Assembly (NCBI GenBank): GCA_963674965.2
Contig: CAXXFL010000001.1
Span: 1,440,001-1,504,000 of the forward strand
Reading direction: 5' to 3'
Length of the DNA stretch: 64,000 nucleotides
Origin: a bacterium
Lineage (GTDB): Bacteria > RBG-13-61-14 > DATKZS01
The notes under the pieces: generated by a model
Seen by the model: the letters and a program-made list of their open reading frames with translations, nothing else
The model's database searches: none
Told to the model about the DNA's origin: nothing
Part shown: positions 56,601 through 64,000 of the stretch, piece after piece
Layout of the letters: the number at the start of each line of letters is the position of its first letter
Numbering within the stretch: position 1 is the stretch's first letter
Position numbers and translations under genes: made by a program

Positions 56601-56942
56601 TTAGCCTATGGCCTGGGCGCCCATCTCGCCCGTCCGTATTCGCATGCAGTCCTCGAGGTCGAACACGAATATTTTCCCGTCACCGATCTCGCCCGTTCTC
56701 GCGCCCTTCCTGATGGCGTCGAGCGTGGGCTGGAGAAAGGGGTCGGTAACGGCGATCTCGATCTTGACCTTCTTGAGGAGATTGCCCATTTCCTCCATGC
56801 CCCTGTAGATGGTGGTAATGCCCTGTTGTCTGCCGCATCCCAGGACGGGCGTAACCGTTATCAGGTTCACCTGCGCCGCTTTCAGTTCCTCCCGTACCTC
56901 GTCCAGCATATGGGGCTGTATAACCGCGATAATGTACTTCAT
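56601..56942 (-). CDS. glnK: PII nitrogen regulatory protein
   Basis: [27 protein letters not shown]; adjacent to amtB. Confidence 0.93.
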   Translation of the reverse strand: MKYIIAVIQPHMLDEVREELKAAQVNLITVTPVLGCGRQQGITTIYRGMEEMGNLLKKVKIEIAVTDPFLQPTLDAIRKGARTGEIGDGKIFVFDLEDCMRIRTGEMGAQAIG

Positions 56943-56953
56943 CTTTCCCCTCC

Positions 56954-58186
56954 TCACTCGAGGACCGTATAGCCCGCTTCCCGGTGCTGGCTGATATCGA
57001 GTCCTACAATTTCGTCTTTTTTCGTCACCCGCATCCCGATGACGGCGTCGACCAGCTTATAAAGCACGAAGGTCATAACCGCGGCGTAGGCGATGGTGGC
57101 CAGGACCGAGACGGCCTGGACGCCGAACTGGTGGAAGTTGCCGAAGAGAAGACCGTCGGTCCCGCCGACCGATTTCTGGGCGAATATGCCCGTGGCCAGG
57201 GCGCCCCAGACGCCGCCGACGCCGTGGACGCCGAACACGTCCAAGGTGTCGTCGTAGCCGAGCCGGGGTTTTATCACGGCCACGGCCACGAACCCGAGGG
57301 CGCTCGATCCCGCCCCTATTGGAATGGCCGCCATGGGGCCCACGAAGCCGCAGGCCGGGGTGATGGCCACCAGCCCGGCCACGGCCCCGGTGGCGGCCCC
57401 CAGCATGGTGGGCGAGCCGTTATGTTTCCACTCGATAAGGGCCCAGGTCAGGCCCGCGGCGGCGGTCGATATATTGGTGGTGACGAAGGCGTTGGCCGCG
57501 GCCCCGTCGGCGGCCAGGGCGCTGCCGGCGTTGAAGCCGAACCATCCGAACCACAGGACCGAGGCGCCCAGCACCACGAAGGGCAGGTGGTGGGGGGTAA
57601 AGGGACCTCCCTTGTAACCCTCCCGCTTTCCAATAAGGAGGGCCATGACCAGGGCGGCCACGCCCGCGTTGATGTGCACCACCGTGCCCCCGGCGAAGTC
57701 CAGGGCGCCCAGATTCCGCATCCAGCCCCCCACGCCCCAAACCCAGTGACAGACAGGGTCGTAAACCAGGGTGGCCCAGATCACCATGAAGACGAGGAAA
57801 CCGGAAAACTTGATCCGCTCGGCGAAGGCGCCAATGATCAGGGCGGGAGTGATCACGGCGAACATGCCCTGGAAAGCCATGAAGGCCAGGTGAGGTATGG
57901 TGGTCCCGTAATCGGGCGAAGGTTCCATCCCGACCCCGCTCAGGCCGAGGAAATTAAGGCCTCCTATTAAGCCGCCAAGCGAGTTGGCGCCGAACGAAAG
58001 CGAGTACCCCAGTATGACCCATTGCAGAGTGATGACGCAGATGAGGATGAAGCACTGCATAAGGACGGAAAGGAAATTTTTCCTTCTTACCAGTCCTCCG
58101 TAAAAGAACGCCAGGCCCGGCGTCATGAACAGCACAAGGGCCGCCGACATGAGCACGAACGCGGTGTCTCCACCGTTTACTTCCAT
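56954..58186 (-). CDS. amtB: Ammonium transporter
   Basis: [44 protein letters not shown]; start at ATG 58186 with GGAGG RBS. Confidence 0.95.
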   Translation of the reverse strand: MEVNGGDTAFVLMSAALVLFMTPGLAFFYGGLVRRKNFLSVLMQCFILICVITLQWVILGYSLSFGANSLGGLIGGLNFLGLSGVGMEPSPDYGTTIPHLAFMAFQGMFAVITPALIIGAFAERIKFSGFLVFMVIWATLVYDPVCHWVWGVGGWMRNLGALDFAGGTVVHINAGVAALVMALLIGKREGYKGGPFTPHHLPFVVLGASVLWFGWFGFNAGSALAADGAAANAFVTTNISTAAAGLTWALIEWKHNGSPTMLGAATGAVAGLVAITPACGFVGPMAAIPIGAGSSALGFVAVAVIKPRLGYDDTLDVFGVHGVGGVWGALATGIFAQKSVGGTDGLLFGNFHQFGVQAVSVLATIAYAAVMTFVLYKLVDAVIGMRVTKKDEIVGLDISQHREAGYTVLE

Positions 58187-58289
58187 TTTCTTGCCTCCTT
58201 GATCGATATGCGGGGACCGGACTCCCGGAAACCCGATGGGACGGCCGGTTTTAACCCTGGAGTTTCCACCGACCGTCCCGATCAAGGAG

Positions 58290-58304
58290 GCAATCGCCAT
58301 GCCG
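58290..58304 (-). promoter_or_regulatory. Sigma-54 promoter of amtB-glnK
   Basis: CGGCAT-GGCGA-TTGC on the minus strand. Confidence 0.6.
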
Positions 58305-58381
58305 ACGGCACGACCTTTTTTAATTATTTAAATATATCAGCGCTTTATCGTTATATAAGGCCTCCGACTCAATATTTTATA

Positions 58382-58428
58382 GCTACATATTTGTGGTTAA
58401 TCATAGTATATAACCACATTTTAGTAGT
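58382..58428. promoter_or_regulatory. Pair of degenerate CTACA-N4-TGTAG palindromes
   Basis: GCTACATATTTGTGGT (58382) and ACCACATTTTAGTAGT (58413), 31 bp apart. Confidence 0.6.
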
Positions 58429-58430
58429 TT

Positions 58431-58772
58431 CTAGCCTATGGCTTCCCCTCCTCTCTCGCCGGTCCTTATCCTTATGCACTCGGTGAGGTCGGTGACGAAT
58501 ATCTTGCCGTCCCCAATCTCGCCGGTCCTGGCCCCTTTGATGATGGCCTCGATGGTGGGCTCGACGTAGTCCTCGTTCACGGCTATCTCCATCCTGAGTT
58601 TCTTGAGAAGGTTGATCTCGGTTTTTACGCCGCGATAGGACTTGGTGTATCCTCCCTGCTGGCCGCAGCCCAGGGCGTTGGTTACGGACATCTTGGATAT
58701 CTGGGCGTCGAAAAGGGTCCTTTTCACGTCCTCCAATCTTTCCGGCTGTATATAGGCCACAATCAGTTTCAT
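58431..58772 (-). CDS. glnK: PII nitrogen regulatory protein
   Basis: [27 protein letters not shown]; adjacent to amt. Confidence 0.93.
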   Translation of the reverse strand: MKLIVAYIQPERLEDVKRTLFDAQISKMSVTNALGCGQQGGYTKSYRGVKTEINLLKKLRMEIAVNEDYVEPTIEAIIKGARTGEIGDGKIFVTDLTECIRIRTGERGGEAIG

Positions 58773-58809
58773 TTCATACCTCCTTATTGAAAATCACCTT
58801 TTCGCCTAA

Positions 58810-60174
58810 TTACTGCGTGGTGAAAATCTGGAAACCGGAATAGGCCTCCATGCCGTGTTCCTCGAGGTCCAGGCCCCGGATTTCCTCCTCTTTCGAGACG
58901 CGAAGGCCCACGATCTTTTTGATGGCGAAGAACATGATAAAAGCGGTTATGCCCACCCAGGCGAAGACGCCGATCACGCCGACGAGCTGGATACCGAACT
59001 GTCCCAGTCCGCCGCCGAAGAACAGCCCGTTAACCGGGTCGCCGCCCGCGGCCACCGCGTATTTGGCCTGGGCGAAAAGTCCCACGCTGAGGGTCCCGAA
59101 GGCCCCGCACACGCCGTGCACGCTGACGGCTCCGACGGGGTCGTCTATTTTGAGGACCTTGTCGATGAACTCGACGGACAGGACCACCAGGACGCCGGCG
59201 ATCATGCCGATGAGCACGGCGCTTCCCGGCCCGACCACCGCGCAGGGGGCCGTGATCGCCACCAGTCCGGCCAGGGCGCCGTTGAGGCTCATGGAGGCGT
59301 CGGGTTTTCCGAACCTTATCCAGGCCGTGATCATGGCCGTGATGGCCCCGCCGGCCGCGGCCAGGTTGGTGGTGACGGCGATGAGTCCTATCCCGAGGTT
59401 GGTGCCCGCCGTGGTCGATCCGGGGTTGAACCCGAACCATCCGAACCAGAGGATAAACACTCCCAAGGCCGCCAGGGGTATGTTATGGCCGGGGATGGCT
59501 TTGGAAATCTTTTTGCCGCCCCCGTTCTCGACGTATTTGCCCAGCCTCGGGCCCAGTATTATGGCCCCGACCAGGGCAGCCCATCCGCCCACCGAGTGAA
59601 CGACGGTGGAGCCGGCGAAGTCGATCATGCCCAGCTTCGAGAGCCAGCCGCCGCCCCAAATCCAGTGGCCCACCACCGGATAAATGACGGCGGTGACGAT
59701 TACGCTATAAATAAGGTACGAGGAAAACTTGGTCCTTTCCGCCATGCCGCCGCTGACGATGGTGGCCGCCGTGGCCGCGAAGACCGTCTGGAAAAGCCAG
59801 AAGGTCAACTGCCACATGCCGCCTTCCTTGGTGGGGTCGCCGGCGCTGAGGAAAAAGCCGTCCGTGCCGAAAAGCCCTCCGGCGCTGGCGCCGAACATGA
59901 TACCGAACCCCACCGCCCAGTAAATGATCGAGCCAACGGAAAAGTCCATAAGGTTCTTCATGATGATGTTGCAGGCGTTCTTGGCCCGGGTGAAACCCGT
60001 CTCGACCATGGCGAAGCCCGCCTGCATGAAAAAGACCAGGAACGCCGCCACCAGGGTCCATACCGTGTCGAGCGCCGCGGCGTTCGAGCTGGGCGTGGGT
60101 CCCTCGTCGGCGAGAGCAAGCCGGCCGATAAGGAACGCGGCTATGGTAACTACCGGTATTATATAGCGTCTCAT
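58810..60174 (-). CDS. amt: Ammonium transporter (second Amt clade)
   Basis: FMQAGF..VE, FAATAATIVSG..AER, DFAGSTVVH, DDPVGAVSVHG. Confidence 0.95.
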   Translation of the reverse strand: MRRYIIPVVTIAAFLIGRLALADEGPTPSSNAAALDTVWTLVAAFLVFFMQAGFAMVETGFTRAKNACNIIMKNLMDFSVGSIIYWAVGFGIMFGASAGGLFGTDGFFLSAGDPTKEGGMWQLTFWLFQTVFAATAATIVSGGMAERTKFSSYLIYSVIVTAVIYPVVGHWIWGGGWLSKLGMIDFAGSTVVHSVGGWAALVGAIILGPRLGKYVENGGGKKISKAIPGHNIPLAALGVFILWFGWFGFNPGSTTAGTNLGIGLIAVTTNLAAAGGAITAMITAWIRFGKPDASMSLNGALAGLVAITAPCAVVGPGSAVLIGMIAGVLVVLSVEFIDKVLKIDDPVGAVSVHGVCGAFGTLSVGLFAQAKYAVAAGGDPVNGLFFGGGLGQFGIQLVGVIGVFAWVGITAFIMFFAIKKIVGLRVSKEEEIRGLDLEEHGMEAYSGFQIFTTQ

Positions 60175-60284
60175 TTTTATCCTCCCTGAAATGGGCGCGA
60201 GTCTCGGGCGCGGCTTCAGCCGATACTCTCGCTCGGCGTGAGGCCCTCTTATCGCGAGCCCATGTTTTATAAATTATTTGTCGA

Positions 60285-61154
60285 TTAGATTTCCCCGGAC
60301 CATCCCAGGCTGATCATGAAAAGGCCGGCCTGGTCTTGCAGGTCAAGGTCCGTGCCCACGTTGCCCAGGTCGATGGCGTCCTTGGCGTCCTCATTGAGCA
60401 GTCCCACGTAGCTGTAGGAGGGCGTGATGGAGAAGCCCATGGGCAGTCCAACTGGAAGGGCCACGCCCACGGAATAGTCGTGGAAACCATCCTTGTCCTC
60501 GAAGCCTTGTACGCCCATCGAGTCGAAACCCCAGTAGAACTGGCTGAACTTCTCGTTGGCGTATCCCACGTGGCCGGACAAATCCAGGCCCAGGGTCACG
60601 TCGCCCTCCTCGATGAGGGAAAAGGAATGGCCCAGGTCGAGGCTCAAGTAGCCCGCTCCGTCGGCCTGGTCCTGGTCCCAGTAAAAAGTCAGGCCCGGCG
60701 AGGAGGGAACGTCAAAGGCCACGCCCGTGAAAATCTCCGTGCTGGCGGCCAGCTTATTGGGGTTGTCGCCAATGGGTCCTCCCGGGTGGGGGAAGGTGTA
60801 GTTGATCACGCCCAGGCTAATCTCGGCCGGTCCCAAGGCGCGGGAATAGCTCGCCGTGTAGTCTATCTCGGTCAGTTGTCCCGACTGGTCCCCGTAACCC
60901 ACGAAGGGAGACGCGCCCCAGTCGGTCAGGTCCATGTTGCCCCAGGCGTTGAGGCTGAAACCGCCGCCGGAAAGGGTGATGGACGGTTGGAGGACGGACT
61001 CCTCGTTCAGCGGTATGCCTCTCCACACGTAGCGGTCGCAATAAGAAACGTCCACTCCCACTTCGACCTTGGACTTGTCATCCGCCAGGGCGCCTGAAAG
61101 CGCCGACGCGCATAAAACCAGAGCCATGGCCAATCCCGATAACAACCTTTTCAT
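60285..61154 (-). CDS. Putative outer-membrane beta-barrel (TorF/Gcw_chp-like porin)
   Basis: Signal peptide, YVWRG, QPS, AWGN, EIDY motifs, alternating beta strands; heads the amt-glnK operon. Confidence 0.7.
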   Translation of the reverse strand: MKRLLSGLAMALVLCASALSGALADDKSKVEVGVDVSYCDRYVWRGIPLNEESVLQPSITLSGGGFSLNAWGNMDLTDWGASPFVGYGDQSGQLTEIDYTASYSRALGPAEISLGVINYTFPHPGGPIGDNPNKLAASTEIFTGVAFDVPSSPGLTFYWDQDQADGAGYLSLDLGHSFSLIEEGDVTLGLDLSGHVGYANEKFSQFYWGFDSMGVQGFEDKDGFHDYSVGVALPVGLPMGFSITPSYSYVGLLNEDAKDAIDLGNVGTDLDLQDQAGLFMISLGWSGEI

Positions 61155-61196
61155 TTTCTACCTCCTTGAAAATAGTCAATTTGGAAGGGTTATTAA

Positions 61197-61211
61197 TCAA
61201 CCTTCGTGCCA
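61197..61211 (-). promoter_or_regulatory. Sigma-54-like promoter of porin-amt-glnK operon
   Basis: TGGCAC-GAAGG-TTGA on the minus strand. Confidence 0.65.
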
Positions 61212-61309
61212 AGAGGCGAAAATATTTTATTCGATTTATAACATGCCGATTAATAGTGGATATTTAGAAAAGAAGCCCTATGGCCGGAAAGAGAACGGGA
61301 ATATATAAA

Positions 61310-61355
61310 TCTACATTAATGTGTGGATATCATGTTTATACTACATTTATGTACG
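61310..61355. promoter_or_regulatory. Pair of CTACA-N4-TGT palindromes
   Basis: TCTACATTAATGTGTG (61310) and ACTACATTTATGTACG (61340), 30 bp apart. Confidence 0.6.
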
Positions 61356-62900
61356 GAATTGTTTGTAGTCGATCCCGTGCTTGGAAACGCGAAGGCCCAT
61401 GATCCGCTCGGTGATCCCGAGCTGTCGGGCGGCCTTGGCCATGTTTCCCCTCGCGCTTTTGAGGGCGTCCATGATAATGCTCTTTTCCACGCCGTCGATG
61501 GTCTCGGCCAGGGTTCCTTTTACCACCGTGTCCGAGGCCTCGGCCGTCTGCAGGGAAGGGGGAAGGTGGTGGCCGTGCATGACCTCGCCGTTGGTCAGGA
61601 GCACGGCTCGCTCGACGCAGTTCTCCAACTCGCGCACGTTCCCGGGCCAGTGGTAGGACATGAGCATGTCGATGGCCTCGCTCGAGATGCGCTTGATTTT
61701 CTTGTGCTCGTCCTTGGCGTATTTCTCGACGAAGTGGTCGGCAAGGAGCATGATGTCGGTTTTCCTTTCCCGGAGGGGCGGCATGAAGATGGGAAAAACG
61801 TTAAGCCGGTAATAAAGGTCCTGGCGGAAGGACCCCGCGGATATCAGTTCCTCGAGTTCCCTGTTGGTGGCGGCCACCACTCGGACGTTGGACCGGATGG
61901 TCTCGGACCCTCCGACCCTCTCGAACTCTTTTTCCTGGAGCACCCTAAGCAGCTTGACCTGAATGCTGGGGGACAGGTCGCCGATCTCGTCGAGAAAGAT
62001 GGTACCGCCCGAGGCCAGCTCGAACCTGCCCTTCCGCTGGGCGATGGCCCCGGTAAAGGCGCCCTTTTCATGGCCGAAAAGCTCGCTCTCGATCACGGTC
62101 TCGGGCAGGGCCGCCAGGTTGACCTTGACGAAGGGCTTCTTGGCCCGGGGGCTGTTGAAATGGATGGCGTGGGCCACCAGTTCCTTGCCCGTGCCGCTCT
62201 CGCCCCGAATCAGGACCGTGGCGTCGCTCCTGGATACCTGGGCGATGAGGTCGTAGACCGTCCTCATAGCCTTGCTGTTGCCGATGATGTTGGAAGGACG
62301 GAACCTGTCCTGCAGGACCTCCTGCAGCCTCTCGTTCTCCTCGAGAAGTTTCTGGCGCTCCTCCTCCGCCGCCTGGCGGAGACGGACGGCCTGGGCGATC
62401 ATGGAGGCGATAATCGAAAGAAGCCTTACGTCCTCCTCCAGGGACACCTTGTCGCTGAAAAGGCTGTCAACCGAGAGCGCCCCTATTGTCTCCTTGCCGA
62501 TCTTGATGGGAACGCAGATAAAGGAAAGGTCCTTTTTGCTCAGCTTGCCCCGAGCCCCCGTGCGGTTCAAGAAGGTGGGCTCCTCCGAGATGCTGGGCAC
62601 GACCATGGGCCGTCCCGTCTGCACCACCCTGCCCGTAACTCCCTCCCCGAGCTGGTAGCGGCCGCGCTGCTTCTGCGTGATCGAGAGACCGTAAGCCGCC
62701 TCGATGAAAATCTCGCCCGTCTTCCGGTTTAAAAGGCTCAAGGTGCCGCGGCGCATGTCCATGTGATCGGCCATGCCTTTAAGGACCATGCCCAACACGT
62801 CGCGAAGGTCGTAGCTTTCCCCCAGAATCCCGCTGATCTCGTACAGAAGTCCCAGCTCCTTTACCTCTCTTCTGACTTGATGTTTTTTTGCTTTGGCCAT
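61347..62900 (-). CDS. NifA-like GAF-AAA+-HTH sigma-54 activator
   Basis: GAF ([10 protein letters not shown]...SFICVPI), [42 protein letters not shown]; start at ATG 62900. Confidence 0.9.
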   Translation of the reverse strand: MAKAKKHQVRREVKELGLLYEISGILGESYDLRDVLGMVLKGMADHMDMRRGTLSLLNRKTGEIFIEAAYGLSITQKQRGRYQLGEGVTGRVVQTGRPMVVPSISEEPTFLNRTGARGKLSKKDLSFICVPIKIGKETIGALSVDSLFSDKVSLEEDVRLLSIIASMIAQAVRLRQAAEEERQKLLEENERLQEVLQDRFRPSNIIGNSKAMRTVYDLIAQVSRSDATVLIRGESGTGKELVAHAIHFNSPRAKKPFVKVNLAALPETVIESELFGHEKGAFTGAIAQRKGRFELASGGTIFLDEIGDLSPSIQVKLLRVLQEKEFERVGGSETIRSNVRVVAATNRELEELISAGSFRQDLYYRLNVFPIFMPPLRERKTDIMLLADHFVEKYAKDEHKKIKRISSEAIDMLMSYHWPGNVRELENCVERAVLLTNGEVMHGHHLPPSLQTAEASDTVVKGTLAETIDGVEKSIIMDALKSARGNMAKAARQLGITERIMGLRVSKHGIDYKQFRT

Positions 62901-62922
62901 GGCGGGTCCTTTCTTTAAATTT

Positions 62923-62938
62923 CCTACATAATTGTAAC
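62923..62938. promoter_or_regulatory. Single CTACA-N4-TGTA site upstream of the NifA-like gene (possible autoregulation)
   Basis: CCTACATAATTGTAAC, 23 nt before the ATG. Confidence 0.55.
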
Positions 62939-63027
62939 ATATTTTTTCAAGGCATGAAATCCCCCGGGAATTTAAACGCCTCGGCCCGGCCGCTAAGAAC
63001 GGGGCTATTGGCGGCCACATGAAGAAA

Positions 63028-64000
63028 TCAAATGGTTTGGCCGATATGGTCGGCCACGTGGGCGGCCAGGGCCATGATGGTGACCTGGGGATTGACGCCC
63101 GGCGAGTTGGGGAAGATCGAGGCGTCGGCGATGAATAGTCTCTCAATATCGTGGGACCGGCCATAAGAATCGACCACGCCTCTTTTCGGGTCCCCGCTCA
63201 TGCGGCAAGTACCGTTAGGATGGTTGCCAATGGGACTGAAGTCCTCGGCCTTTAAGTTCGCCTCCATGATAAGGCGGGCCTTGTCTCGCCGGTAAAGCTC
63301 GGACGGGACCTTGTGTATGCCGGGGCATATGTATTCGCAACCGGCCGCGAATAAAAGGTCGGCCGTGGCCTTCATGGAAATCTGCATGAGCCGGGCGTCC
63401 CGGTTGGTCATGTTATATATTATGGCGGGGCTCCAGCCGTTCTTCCGGGCCTTGACCGTTCCTTGAGTCTTGGCCCGGATCATGGCGCCCCATAAAACCA
63501 TGTTCTTGAGGCGGGCCATGCCGTCTTTGTGCCTTATCCCGAACCCGGGAAGACGAATACCGATAACGTCCGGCGGCGCCCAGGCGACCTCGATTATAAA
63601 GCCATCCTTCCTGAAGGCGTCGCAGCAGTAACCCTGGTTCACGCCGTCCCAGGCGTAAACGTCCTCCTTGAAAAACCCCACCATGCCCGTGGCCGTGTGG
63701 TTACAAAGGTTTCTTCCCACCAACCCCGAGGAGTTGGCCAGGTTGTTCTTCTGCAAAAGAACGGGGGTACCCATGGCCCCGCAGGCGATGACCGTGGCCC
63801 TGGCCCGGACCTCGACCGAGCTTCGCGACGGCTCGAGACTCTCCGGGTCGATCATGGTCCCGGTCACGCCCAGGGCCCGGCCGTTCCGAACCAGTATCTT
63901 TTCGATCCGGCAGTCGGTGACGAGCTCTCCCCCCAGCTCGAGGAACCGGGGAATAAAGCAGCGGTCCACGCTCATCTTGGCCCCGTCCACGCAGCCCGAC
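63028..64000 (-). CDS. GMC-family oxidoreductase (partial, 5' end outside window)
   Basis: [42 protein letters not shown]. Confidence 0.88.
   Translation of the reverse strand, partial: SGCVDGAKMSVDRCFIPRFLELGGELVTDCRIEKILVRNGRALGVTGTMIDPESLEPSRSSVEVRARATVIACGAMGTPVLLQKNNLANSSGLVGRNLCNHTATGMVGFFKEDVYAWDGVNQGYCCDAFRKDGFIIEVAWAPPDVIGIRLPGFGIRHKDGMARLKNMVLWGAMIRAKTQGTVKARKNGWSPAIIYNMTNRDARLMQISMKATADLLFAAGCEYICPGIHKVPSELYRRDKARLIMEANLKAEDFSPIGNHPNGTCRMSGDPKRGVVDSYGRSHDIERLFIADASIFPNSPGVNPQVTIMALAAHVADHIGQTI

Noticed and set aside
61347-63164. Calling the gene nifA, and using the 63164 start
   Set aside because: No nif genes in the window and the sites differ from the NifA UAS; the 5' extension overlaps the GMC gene, and ATG 62900 has an AAAGGA RBS

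Overview
GC-rich chromosomal segment from what looks like an anaerobic deltaproteobacterium-like organism (inferred from gene content only). No rRNA, tRNA, CRISPR array or transposase gene was seen. From left to right the window holds: (i) an M50 protease-CBS gene and a formyltransferase; (ii) a candidate transmembrane signalling system at 2.2-10.3 kb: ECF sigma factor, soluble zinc-finger anti-sigma with a TRG-containing linker, a class III nucleotide cyclase-CHAT protease-TM-TPR-CsgG/FlgT-like receptor, a secreted TPR/Ig/CsgG-like partner and a convergent Crp protein with an intact cNMP pocket; (iii) an accessory region with a 2266-aa secreted Ca-binding-repeat/GH39-like protein, a catalytic-subunit-less NuoEFG/HoxEFU-like trio plus LuxR regulator bracketed by two diverged REP-like elements, a glycine-rich surface protein, a sigma-54 activator with a MITE-like insertion between its putative binding sites, a secreted highly acidic 26-aa-repeat protein and a methyltransferase/ATP-grasp fusion; (iv) assorted two-component and metabolic genes; (v) a ~17 kb minus-strand nitrogen-assimilation cluster (NifA-like activator, porin, 2x Amt/PII, glnA, nadE, GATase, MvhD-like, split glutamate synthase) with sigma-54 promoters and a recurring CTACA-N4-TGTAG palindrome. 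The strongest candidate for a little-described system is the cyclase-CHAT / anti-sigma / ECF / Crp locus. All domain calls come from motif recognition by eye, not database searches.
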